Positions 9,168 to 17,875 of a stretch of DNA of 45,107 nucleotides are shown here, in pieces. A model generated the notes under the pieces. That model was not told the origin of the DNA. It did not search any database and was given only the letters and a program-made list of their open reading frames with translations. The stretch is from contig CANPAC010000002.1 of assembly GCA_947571975.1 (NCBI GenBank), forward strand, positions 1 through 45,107, given 5' to 3'. The translations under genes were made by a program, and so were the position numbers. This DNA comes from an uncultured Clostridium sp. (GTDB lineage: Bacteria; Bacillota; Clostridia; TANB77; CAG-508). Each line of letters starts with the position of its first letter. The first letter of the stretch is position 1.

Positions 9168-10862
9168 TCCAACTGATGATATTTCTATTCCATTGTTTGC
9201 TTTTACATATTCAATAGCTGTTTTATATTCATCTTCATAATTAAATTTTATCGTTATTTTGTTATCTTCGTGAACATATATATTATCTATTAAATCATCA
9301 ATTATATTTCTTGATAGTTCTGTTATATTTTCATACTTTTTAAATTTTTCTATCCATTCATTATTTGATTTTAATGATTCACATTCCATTAGTTCTTCTT
9401 TCAAATATAATATTTGTTCTTCTAATTTTTTCATTTTATTAACATAGCTCTGGTTATATTCATAGTAATCTGTTTCATCAATTACACCTAATTTCCAATC
9501 TTCATAACAAGATTTCTTCAGCTTTCTTTGTTTTTCATATTCTATTTCTTGTTTTTTAATACTATTTTTTAAACTTTCTTTTCTAAAATCCACTTGTTTT
9601 GTATTAGTTGTTTCTTTAATTATTGTATCTATATCAATGACAAGTGATATTTGTAACTTTACTGCTTTTAATATTGCCTCATACAATATATCATCTCTTA
9701 TTAAGTGTTTAGTGCATAAATCTTTTGATTTCCTACAATAAGTTGAACAAGCATAATGATAATGTGGTCTTGGTTTTCCTTTATATTTAGAGCCTACTCT
9801 CTTTGTCATTGACATTTTACAGTCTGCACATTTTAAATGTCCTGCATATATAGATAAAGTTCCATCTTGATTTGCTTTTACATCTCTATCTAATAATGCT
9901 TTTTGTACCTTTTCAAAAGTTTCTCTATCTATTATAGGCTCGTGCATATTTTTTACAATTACCCATTCTTCTTTTGGATTTTTTATATGCTTATGCACCT
10001 TATAACTTATGAGCTTACCTTTACTTTGAATAACATCTCCACAATATACTTGACTTTTTAATATACTCAAAATAGTAGCCGGATCCCATAAGTACGCAAA
10101 TTTCTCATCATTAGGTCTTTTTAATTTAAAGTTTTGATTTAATACCTTATTTCTATACCCCATTGGATTAAGTATTCCTCTTGCATTTAACTCTTTTGCA
10201 ATTTTTGTTCTACCATAACCTTTTATAACTAAATCAAATATTTCTCTAACTACTTGTGCAGGTTCTTCGTCTATTATTAAGTGGTGGACATCATCAGGGT
10301 CTTTGACATATCCATAAGGAGTTAATGCTCCTACATACTCTCCATTTCTTTTTTTTACATTTAAAATTGCTCTTATCTTATTAGATATATCTCTACAATA
10401 TTCGTCATTCATTAAATTTTTAAATGGTACTATAACATTGTTTACGGACTTTGGGTCTTTATAACTATCAATACTGTCATTTACTGCTATAAACCTCATA
10501 TTAAATAAAGGGAAAATCTGCTCAATATAATTTCCTACTTCTATGTAGTTTCTTCCTAGTCTTGATAAATCTTTGACAATAATTGTGTTAAACTTTTTTA
10601 ATTTCATATCATTTAATAATCTTTGAAAGTCTGGTCTATCAGAGCTTGTTCCAGAATAGCCATCATCTATATAATAATCATATATTGATAATTCTGTATT
10701 TTCTTTAATAAAGTCCTCTAATAATTGCCTTTGATTACTTACACTATTGCTTTCTACTTTATCATCTCCATCTTCAACAGACAATCTAATGTATAATGCG
10801 ACTATCCACTTATTATTGCATTCTTCTATTGTTCCACTATATTGTCTTGCTTTTCTTGGCAT
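9165..10862 (-). CDS. large serine recombinase
   Basis: 565 aa. YIRLSVEDGDD nucleophile motif, VKDLSRLGRN, a zinc-ribbon-like CADCK...C block, and a DUF4368-like C-terminus (IYVHEDNKITIKFNYEDEY). GGAGGG RBS. Confidence 0.9.
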   Translation of the reverse strand: MPRKARQYSGTIEECNNKWIVALYIRLSVEDGDDKVESNSVSNQRQLLEDFIKENTELSIYDYYIDDGYSGTSSDRPDFQRLLNDMKLKKFNTIIVKDLSRLGRNYIEVGNYIEQIFPLFNMRFIAVNDSIDSYKDPKSVNNVIVPFKNLMNDEYCRDISNKIRAILNVKKRNGEYVGALTPYGYVKDPDDVHHLIIDEEPAQVVREIFDLVIKGYGRTKIAKELNARGILNPMGYRNKVLNQNFKLKRPNDEKFAYLWDPATILSILKSQVYCGDVIQSKGKLISYKVHKHIKNPKEEWVIVKNMHEPIIDRETFEKVQKALLDRDVKANQDGTLSIYAGHLKCADCKMSMTKRVGSKYKGKPRPHYHYACSTYCRKSKDLCTKHLIRDDILYEAILKAVKLQISLVIDIDTIIKETTNTKQVDFRKESLKNSIKKQEIEYEKQRKLKKSCYEDWKLGVIDETDYYEYNQSYVNKMKKLEEQILYLKEELMECESLKSNNEWIEKFKKYENITELSRNIIDDLIDNIYVHEDNKITIKFNYEDEYKTAIEYVKANNGIEISSVG

Positions 10863-10898
10863 TATTTTCCCTCCTTTCCCTTATCTTCCATCAACAAA

Positions 10899-12620
10899 CT
10901 ATATATTTGCACATAATAATTTTTTGTTAGATTTATTTTGATTTTCTTTTATAAAATCTATTGCCTTTTTATATTCATTTTCATATCTAAACTGTATTGT
11001 AATTTTGTTATCTTCGTGAACATATATCGTATCAATCAACGAATCAATAATTTCTGGTGTTAATTCTTTTATTTTTTGATATTTTTTCAAATTTTCTATC
11101 CAGTCATTTCTAGCTGTTTTTTCTGTTATTTCTCTTTTTTGTTCTTGTAATTTTTGCAACAATTCAGTTTTTTCAATTACTTCATCATTATAAGATTGTA
11201 TATATTTTTGATATTCTTTTTCAGTAATATTTCCTATTTTCCAATCCTCATAAACTGACCTTTTCAAAACTTTTTGTTTTAATAGTTCTCTTTCTGCAAT
11301 GTCTATCTGTTTTTGTATATTTTCTTTTTCTCCATTTGAAAACTTTATTTTTCTTATCTCTTTTATTGTATTATCTATTTCAATAGACAACTTAACTTGA
11401 AATCTTATTGTTTCTAATACAGCCTCTCTTAAAGTTTCTTCTTTTATATAATGTTTTGTGCATAATATATCTGACCTATTTGCGTGAGTTGAACAATGAT
11501 AGTAGTTCTTTTTAGGCTTGTCCTTATATACATAAGTTCCTTTTAGCATTGCCATTTTACAGTCTGCACATCTTAAATGTCCTGCAAATATGGATTTAGT
11601 TCCTTTTCTTTTTTCTGTTTTAGGTCTTTTTCTACTTTCTAAAATTTCTTGTACCTCATCAAAAGTTGCTCTATCAATTATTGCTTTATGTGTATTTTCC
11701 ACTATTGCCCACTCCTCTTTTGGTTTATATATTTTTTTATGATTTTTATAGCTTTCATAAGTGCTTTTACCCTGTATCATATCTCCACAATATATTTGAT
11801 TTGTTAGTATTTGCATTATACTAGACATTTCCCAAGTATATTTTATTTCTTCTTTTGTTTCTTCTTTTAAAATATGTCCACATTTTATTTTTTGTACTTT
11901 CCTTTTATAGCCTGTTGGGTTTATTATCTTTTGTCGATTTAACATTTTAGCTATTGCTGTTCCACTTTTCCCCTCCTTTGCCCAATTAAATATTTGTCTA
12001 ACAACATTTGCTGGCTCTGGGTCAATTACTAAATGATTAGGGTTTTGTTTGTCTTTCATATATCCATAAGGTGCTACACTTCCAATAAATTCTCCATTTT
12101 TTCTTTTGGTTTCAAAAGCTGTCCTTATCTTCTTTGATAAATCTCTCGAATATTCTTCATTCATTAAACTTTTTAATGCAACATTTAAGTTCTTTATTGA
12201 ATCTGGTTTTAAATAACTATCAATGTTATCGCTAACTGATATAAATCTAATATTAAATATAGGAAAAATCTGCTCAATATAATTTCCTACTTCAACAAAA
12301 TTTCTTCCTAATCTTGATAAATCTTTCACAATAATTACATTGATTTTTTCATCTTTCATATCATTTAGAAGTCTTTGAAAATTTGGTCTATTAGAATTTG
12401 TTCCAGAATAGCCATCATCTGCATAAAAATCATATACTTGAATATCTGTATTATATTGCAAAAAATCGTTCAATAATTCTCTTTGATTAGTTATACTATT
12501 ACTTTCGTCTTTATCGTTTCTGTCCTCAGCTGATAACCTTATATATATACCTGCGTTCCAATTAGGAACTATAACCTTATTGTTGTAAATTTTATATTTT
12601 CCTTTTCTACCTCTTTTCAT
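10899..12620 (-). CDS. large serine recombinase (paralogue of the previous gene)
   Basis: YIRLSAEDRND, VKDLSRLGRN and CADCK motifs, same C-terminal domain. Start taken at the ATG at 12620 after an AGGTAGGAGA RBS (the track start 12641 is also possible). A 29-nt stretch is identical to the paralogue (about 10513-10541 versus 12265-12293). Confidence 0.9.
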   Translation of the reverse strand: MKRGRKGKYKIYNNKVIVPNWNAGIYIRLSAEDRNDKDESNSITNQRELLNDFLQYNTDIQVYDFYADDGYSGTNSNRPNFQRLLNDMKDEKINVIIVKDLSRLGRNFVEVGNYIEQIFPIFNIRFISVSDNIDSYLKPDSIKNLNVALKSLMNEEYSRDLSKKIRTAFETKRKNGEFIGSVAPYGYMKDKQNPNHLVIDPEPANVVRQIFNWAKEGKSGTAIAKMLNRQKIINPTGYKRKVQKIKCGHILKEETKEEIKYTWEMSSIMQILTNQIYCGDMIQGKSTYESYKNHKKIYKPKEEWAIVENTHKAIIDRATFDEVQEILESRKRPKTEKRKGTKSIFAGHLRCADCKMAMLKGTYVYKDKPKKNYYHCSTHANRSDILCTKHYIKEETLREAVLETIRFQVKLSIEIDNTIKEIRKIKFSNGEKENIQKQIDIAERELLKQKVLKRSVYEDWKIGNITEKEYQKYIQSYNDEVIEKTELLQKLQEQKREITEKTARNDWIENLKKYQKIKELTPEIIDSLIDTIYVHEDNKITIQFRYENEYKKAIDFIKENQNKSNKKLLCANI

Positions 12621-12709
12621 TTTTTCTCCTACCTTTAACATTGAATAAATTGTATATTTTTTCAGTCAGTATGTGAAATGTGCATTTTAAATTTTTTTAA
12701 CATTTGACA

Positions 12710-13003
12710 TTAGCAATTTTTTAGATATAAATCTTTTAGTGCTTTGTTAATACAATTATTGGCTGTTATATTTGAATTATTTGAAAATTCCATTTTCACA
12801 ATTACTCCATTTACTTTTATTACATAAGGATTTTCAGTTGAACGCAAAAAATCAAGTATTCGCTCAACACTTGATTTTTTCTTATTGATTTTTATATCTT
12901 TAATATCTTTTACCTTTTCTATATTTATATTTTCTATATCTATATTTTCACATTCTTGTATCATCTTTTCTAGCTTTACTAAATTATTTACCCTTTTTAT
13001 CAC
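12710..13003 (-). CDS. hypothetical protein (97 aa), recombinase-module associated
   Basis: ORF overlapping the upstream gene by 20 nt. No motif recognised. Confidence 0.45.
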   Translation of the reverse strand: MIKRVNNLVKLEKMIQECENIDIENINIEKVKDIKDIKINKKKSSVERILDFLRSTENPYVIKVNGVIVKMEFSNNSNITANNCINKALKDLYLKNC

Positions 13004-13424
13004 TTTCCTCCACCTCTTTAATATCTTCTTTTAACTCTGGAAAAACCGATTCTAGTATAACCTCTGCCTCTTTCATTATTTTTCTAGGGTGGTGCGTATG
13101 GATCTCGCTTAAAAATTCTTTAACAATTTTTTCGTCTGTTATTTGTATTTCTCTATTTATAAGTACATAAAATATACAAATAGCATAAGAAATAAAGTCA
13201 TCTGCTGATAAAATCCAATCAAAATTTATTCTATTTAATAATTCAGTATTAACTCCTTTTATCTCTGTACTATTAAGATTTTCTTGTGCTACTTCTACTA
13301 TATCTTTCAATATATCTCCAAGTCCATTTTGATTTACATTCTGTTCATATCTTTTATAACCTAAAATATAATAGCTTACAGCCTCCTTAATAGCATACTT
13401 TTTATTTCTTACATTTTTTTTCAT
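12984..13424 (-). CDS. hypothetical protein (146 aa)
   Basis: Clean ORF with a GGAGGAAAT RBS. No motif recognised. Confidence 0.45.
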   Translation of the reverse strand: MKKNVRNKKYAIKEAVSYYILGYKRYEQNVNQNGLGDILKDIVEVAQENLNSTEIKGVNTELLNRINFDWILSADDFISYAICIFYVLINREIQITDEKIVKEFLSEIHTHHPRKIMKEAEVILESVFPELKEDIKEVEESDKKGK

Positions 13425-13454
13425 TAAAATTTCCTCCTATACTAAAAACAAGCC

Positions 13455-13997
13455 CTATCTGGACTTGTCATTTCTATTTTTCAATTCTTTTTTCTTTATA
13501 TCTCTAGCTAATTTTTCAAAGCCTAATTTTTTAAAAGTTTCTATATAACGTTTTCTATTGATACACTCTCCATTAAGAGTAACTATATCAACATTTTTCA
13601 TAAAATTATTTTCAAATAAACTTGTTAATTTTGCAGGATTTCTAAATAACCTTGAAATATCTGTTACAACTATTTGCTTGATTTTTCCTGCTTTTATATC
13701 TTCTATGAGTTTATCTAATGCCTCTCTATCTTCAGATAGTCCATTTTTTCTAACATCTATATAATGTACTCTGTTTGTTATATTGTGCTTTTTGCAATAT
13801 TCTTCTAGTCTATCTCTTTGAGAATAAATATCTGCATTTACCATATCTCCATCTACTCTATTTGTTCTCATATATAGTGCAACAACCTTTTTCTGCTTTT
13901 TGTTTTCTATTTTTTCGTCAATATAGTAATCTAGTTGTTCTATATTTCCAACTCTCATATACATACCAACATTTCCTTTTTTATTTACAATTTCCAT
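13455..13997 (-). CDS. resolvase-domain protein lacking the catalytic serine
   Basis: 180 aa. VVALYMRTNRVDGD aligns to VALYIRLSVEDGDD of the large recombinases, with Ser replaced by Asn. A second degenerate copy is MYMRVGNIEQ (Ser replaced by Gly). The SRLFRN motif is retained. No DNA-binding extension. Confidence 0.7.
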   Translation of the reverse strand: MEIVNKKGNVGMYMRVGNIEQLDYYIDEKIENKKQKKVVALYMRTNRVDGDMVNADIYSQRDRLEEYCKKHNITNRVHYIDVRKNGLSEDREALDKLIEDIKAGKIKQIVVTDISRLFRNPAKLTSLFENNFMKNVDIVTLNGECINRKRYIETFKKLGFEKLARDIKKKELKNRNDKSR

Positions 13998-14358
13998 AGC
14001 CGTTCCTTTCTTGTAAATCGGTCGCTATTTTTATAGCATTGTTTACAATTTCTATATATTTTTCTGGTAGTATATCTATTCGGTGTAATAATCTTTTTTT
14101 ATCAATTACTTTTATTTGTTCTGCCATTATTGTAGCCTCGTACTTCATTTTTCCGAATTTATTTATTCTTATATGAGTAGGAATAGCAAATCGTTCTTCG
14201 ATTCTTTTAGTCATAGGAATAATTATTGTTGTTGTGCTATGTTTATTTCCTATGTCATTTTGAATAATTAGAACAGGTCTTATTCCTCTTTCCTCACTTC
14301 CTACTGTATTTCCTAAATTAGCAAGATATATTTCATTTCTTCTAATTCTATTTATCAT
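13981..14358 (-). CDS. PemK/MazF family endoribonuclease toxin
   Basis: 125 aa. EIYLANLGNTVGSEERGIRPVLIIQND is typical of MazF/PemK. AGGAGG RBS. Confidence 0.8.
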   Translation of the reverse strand: MINRIRRNEIYLANLGNTVGSEERGIRPVLIIQNDIGNKHSTTTIIIPMTKRIEERFAIPTHIRINKFGKMKYEATIMAEQIKVIDKKRLLHRIDILPEKYIEIVNNAIKIATDLQERNGYGNCK

Positions 14359-14515
14359 TGTTTTGCCTCCTGCAATTATTTTTTAATTGTTCCATCTGCT
14401 CTATATCTTCCATTTCTCTTTCTTCAGCTGTTTTGCACTTATTAGCTCCTAATAGCAATAAATACATAAAAACTGCAATTATAAACATATCTATTAGTAA
14501 AATTCTTAATATCAT
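14348..14515 (-). CDS. 55-aa ORF with N-terminal TM helix, overlapping the mazF-like start (candidate antitoxin position)
   Basis: My translation: MILRILLIDMFIIAVFMYLLLLGANKCKTAEEREMEDIEQMEQLKNNCRRQNNDK. It ends 11 nt inside the MazF ORF and is below the 60-aa cutoff of the ORF track. Confidence 0.35.
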   Translation of the reverse strand: MILRILLIDMFIIAVFMYLLLLGANKCKTAEEREMEDIEQMEQLKNNCRRQNNDK

Positions 14516-14896
14516 TGTTTGGTTTTCCTTTCTGTATGTTAAAAAGAACTCTAAAATGTTTTAGAGGTATATTGATATTGCATACCTTAATTTTAGAGTT
14601 CTTATTGTTTATTTACTTTTATACCTTTATCATCATTCATTAGACAGATATTTTGCGTATATCTTCATAGGTGTATTCGGCATACCCTACCTGTTACACA
14701 GGCTTGTCCTCAATGCGTGGGACGGTTTTTTCTCGCTCGTGCTATGACTAGACAAAAGTTTCTTTCCTTTTACACTCGTCTTCGCCTTATTAGTTGCAAG
14801 CTAATATTTAAGTAATATGAAATTACTAGCTCAAGTAATCAAAGGACTGTATCTAATGAACTGTTATTCAATTTTCAAAGTGCTTTTTTACTCTCT

Positions 14897-14939
14897 TTTA
14901 AAGAAAAACAAGTAAGAGATTTTACCCTCTCACTTGTTT
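14897..14939 (-). terminator. rho-independent terminator after the sigma-like gene
   Basis: Minus strand reads aaacaagtgagagggtaaaatctcttacttgttt followed by ttctttaaaag. Confidence 0.6.
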
Positions 14940-14972
14940 GTGCAGAAAATTGAATTTTGTCAGGGTATAAAT

Positions 14973-15449
14973 TTAAAATTTTTCAAAAAATTTTTTTAAT
15001 TTCTTTATACCCCAGTCAATACTCTCTTGTACCGACTGTTTAGAACAGCTCTCTATTCTTGCTATTTCTTCCATAGACAACTGATAATCATAATACAATA
15101 AAATTCTTCGCCTTTGCTGTTTTGTCAGCTTGTCCATTGCCTTATGTAATTTTTCATTATTGATCCTGTTTATTACAACTTCATCTATATTTGCTTGTTT
15201 TTCAAATGCTCTTTTATTTAATGTTGTTTCTGTAACTGCATTCAGTTCATTATGTCTTGCAATTTCTTGTATTTGTCTTGCGTCCTCTTTTTCAAATTCG
15301 TCAAGCTCGTTAAATATTTCTTTTGTTATATCAATACTAATCATTTCATTTTTATTAGAAAATGTAACTTTATATACATTTTTCTCTATTTCACTATGTA
15401 AAATATATGGATTATATTTATCCCTAGTTCTTTTAGGTCTTTTATCCAC
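14973..15449 (-). CDS. sigma-70 region-4-like regulator (Tn916 Orf7-type ICE regulator)
   Basis: 158 aa, GTG start with an AGGAGG RBS. The C-terminal LTKQQRRRILLYYDYQLSMEEIARIESCSKQSVQESI is a region-4 HTH. Confidence 0.65.
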   Translation of the reverse strand: MDKRPKRTRDKYNPYILHSEIEKNVYKVTFSNKNEMISIDITKEIFNELDEFEKEDARQIQEIARHNELNAVTETTLNKRAFEKQANIDEVVINRINNEKLHKAMDKLTKQQRRRILLYYDYQLSMEEIARIESCSKQSVQESIDWGIKKLKKFFEKF

Positions 15450-15549
15450 TTTCTTTCCTCCTATCGACTCAAATTTTTTGAATCGACAGTTGGAGGAGCT
15501 CGTGGCGAAAAATATAGAATTATAATTTTTCTGTTTATAAAAGCATAAA

Positions 15550-15587
15550 AGAGATTAAATTTACTAAAATGAGTAGATTTAATCTCT
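15550..15587. terminator. 11-bp perfect stem hairpin in the sigma/XRE divergent region
   Basis: agagattaaat (15550-15560) pairs with atttaatctct (15577-15587). U-rich tails on both strands. Confidence 0.4.
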
Positions 15588-15889
15588 TTTACGATTTCAT
15601 ACCAACATACTAGCGTTTTTAAGATACCAAATAATAACAACTCATTCTCCTTAAAAATGCCTTCCTAATCGTCATTGTTATTATTTTTTCACTAGTACAT
15701 TTTTTAATTTTCTTATGTAAAAAAGCATACAAAACTCTGTATACTTTCTTAATTTATATCTTCTATTTTTCTAATAATTCTAAAACTTTTACTCCATTTC
15801 TTTTATTTTTGTAGTACATTCCTACAAGAAAGCATTTTTTTTATAATAAAATGTTAATGTGTATTATTGTCAGTAAGGAGGAAACAAGT

Positions 15890-16147
15890 ATGCAATCTAA
15901 AAAGTTTAATGATAAATCAAATGTTATTGGGCAAACTGTAAGAAAATACAGAATGCAAAAAGGTTATACCCAAGAACAACTATGTCAGCAATTAGATTTG
16001 TTAGGATTGAACTTATATCACTCCGACATTCATCTTATTGAGAATAATAAGCGTATTGTTAAAGATTACGAGGCTTTCGCCTTTGCTAAAATATTCGGTA
16101 TCACATTAAATGAGCTTTATATTGAAGCTTATAAAGATTTTTCGTAA
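15890..16147 (+). CDS. XRE-family helix-turn-helix regulator
   Basis: The only convincing plus-strand gene. AAGGAGG RBS then ATG at 15890. IGQTVRKYRMQKGYTQEQLCQQL is an HTH_3 signature. Confidence 0.8.
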   Translation: MQSKKFNDKSNVIGQTVRKYRMQKGYTQEQLCQQLDLLGLNLYHSDIHLIENNKRIVKDYEAFAFAKIFGITLNELYIEAYKDFS

Positions 16148-16257
16148 TTTACTAACATTTTTCTATTAAGCATTCATATAATATTGTAAAAAAATGGAGT
16201 TTAAGTAGAGTTAAGATATTGTTTTGATGTAGTTTTGAATATTTAAAAATAAAAAAT

Positions 16258-16300
16258 AAGAGTATTGATAAAGTAAAATCTATCAATGCTCTTTTATTTT
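16258..16300. terminator. bidirectional terminator between the convergent XRE gene and the van operon
   Basis: aagagtattgata...tatcaatgctctt stem with T-runs on both strands. Confidence 0.6.
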
Positions 16301-16314
16301 GAATAAAAAAGGAG

Positions 16315-16719
16315 TTATTTAAGTTTATAGCCTGCCCCCCTAACAGTTTCTATAATATCATTTCCTAGTTTTTTTCTAATATTTTTAATATGTGTATTTA
16401 CTATCTTTTCATCTCCGAAATAATCATAACTCCAGACAGAATTTAATAGATTATTTCTTGAAAATACTTTATGAGGACTTTCCATAAATGATTTTAATAT
16501 TTCAAATTCCTTTGCTGTCAAAAATACCTTTGTTCCATTTTGTATTACTTCATAATTCTCTTTATTTAAAGTAATATTCTTATAATTTATTATATCACTA
16601 TTTTCTGTTTTATCTATTTTATGTATTTTAGTAATATCTGCAACTGATATTTCAGTAGATATTTCATTTAAAAATTTCTCTATTAAGTTATCATCTTCTA
16701 TTATCAATATTTTTGACAT
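16315..16719 (-). CDS. OmpR-type winged-helix DNA-binding protein with only a stub of the receiver domain
   Basis: MSKILIIEDDNLIEKFL, then about 25 aa, then a complete effector domain (LTAKEFEILKSFM...VWSYDYFGDEKIVNTHIKNIRKKL...VRGAGYKL). No phospho-acceptor Asp region. The RBS lies 10 nt after the vanT stop. Confidence 0.75.
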   Translation of the reverse strand: MSKILIIEDDNLIEKFLNEISTEISVADITKIHKIDKTENSDIINYKNITLNKENYEVIQNGTKVFLTAKEFEILKSFMESPHKVFSRNNLLNSVWSYDYFGDEKIVNTHIKNIRKKLGNDIIETVRGAGYKLK

Positions 16720-16741
16720 AAAATTTTTCACTCCTTTATTC

Positions 16742-17875
16742 TTATATAGTAATTCTTCTCAATCTACTTCCCAATCTGCATAATAATTCATTTGTAATTG
16801 TTTCAGCTTTATTAGAAACTGTTTCAGCCGATATTCTTTTATCATTTCCAATTAAAGTTGCAATATCTCCTACTTTAACATTTTCTAGTCCTGTTATATC
16901 AATAATCATTTGATCCATACATATTCTTCCTATTACTTTTTTGTATTCCTCATTGATATTAACTAGCATATCTTTATTTGAAAGACATCTTGGTATTCCA
17001 TCTGCATATCCTATACCCAATGTTGCAATTTTCATTTTATCTTTTGCAATAAAAGTTCTTCCATAACTAATACTATCATCTATATTTATCTCTTTTATAC
17101 TTGTTATTCTTGCTTTAACAGCTAATATAGGTTTAATGTTTAAATTATTTAATTGATATGGATTAAAGTCAGTATTTACACCATACATACAAATACCTAC
17201 TCTTACATAATCATAATTTAGTTCATTATAATTTATTATTCCATAACTACTTTGCAAATGTAATGCTCCAGTATTATATCCTTTATCCTTTATAGCTTTA
17301 ACACATTCATTAAATTTTTTAATTTGTATTTTTGTAAAATCAATATCTTCTAAATTACTAGAATCAGCAACACATAAATGACTAAAACTTCCTAAAATAT
17401 TTAATTTTTTGTTTTCATAGATACTATATAATTTATCTAAACTATCACAATTTTCACCTATGCGATTCATTCCTGTATTTATTTTAATATGGCATTTTAA
17501 TTTGTCTTTTAAATCAAGTTCTTTTATTCTTTCAGAATAGTTGTAATCTACTATTGTTTGTATTAAATCATATTCTATAACATATTTTAAATTAGAAAAG
17601 TTTGTAAATCCTAATATTAAGATATTCCCTGTTATACCATTTTTTCGTAATTCTATTCCCTCATCTAATGTTGCTACTGCAAAGTCTGTTATACCAATAT
17701 CTAGTAGTTTCTTCGCTATTATTACTGATCCATGTCCATAAGCATTTGCCTTAACAACTGCCATTATTTTTGTTTCTTCAGAAAGTAATTTTTTTATTTC
17801 ATTTATATTATTTTCTAAATTATTCAAGTTAATTTCAATCCACGCTCTATCTCTTGCTAAATCAATGTTTTCCAT
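16742..17875 (-). CDS. vanT: serine/alanine racemase domain of VanT (separate ORF here)
   Basis: 377 aa with the PLP-lysine motif AVVKANAYGHG. Overlaps the membrane-domain ORF by 14 nt. Confidence 0.85.
   Translation of the reverse strand: MENIDLARDRAWIEINLNNLENNINEIKKLLSEETKIMAVVKANAYGHGSVIIAKKLLDIGITDFAVATLDEGIELRKNGITGNILILGFTNFSNLKYVIEYDLIQTIVDYNYSERIKELDLKDKLKCHIKINTGMNRIGENCDSLDKLYSIYENKKLNILGSFSHLCVADSSNLEDIDFTKIQIKKFNECVKAIKDKGYNTGALHLQSSYGIINYNELNYDYVRVGICMYGVNTDFNPYQLNNLNIKPILAVKARITSIKEINIDDSISYGRTFIAKDKMKIATLGIGYADGIPRCLSNKDMLVNINEEYKKVIGRICMDQMIIDITGLENVKVGDIATLIGNDKRISAETVSNKAETITNELLCRLGSRLRRITI

Noticed and set aside
14565-14972. A known riboswitch, T-box, group II intron end or tRNA-like element in the ORF-free segment
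   Set aside because: I could not find the conserved cores I know (T-box sequence, SAM, glycine or c-di-GMP motifs, group II GUGYG or domain V, tRNA cloverleaf). It is left as an unclassified candidate.
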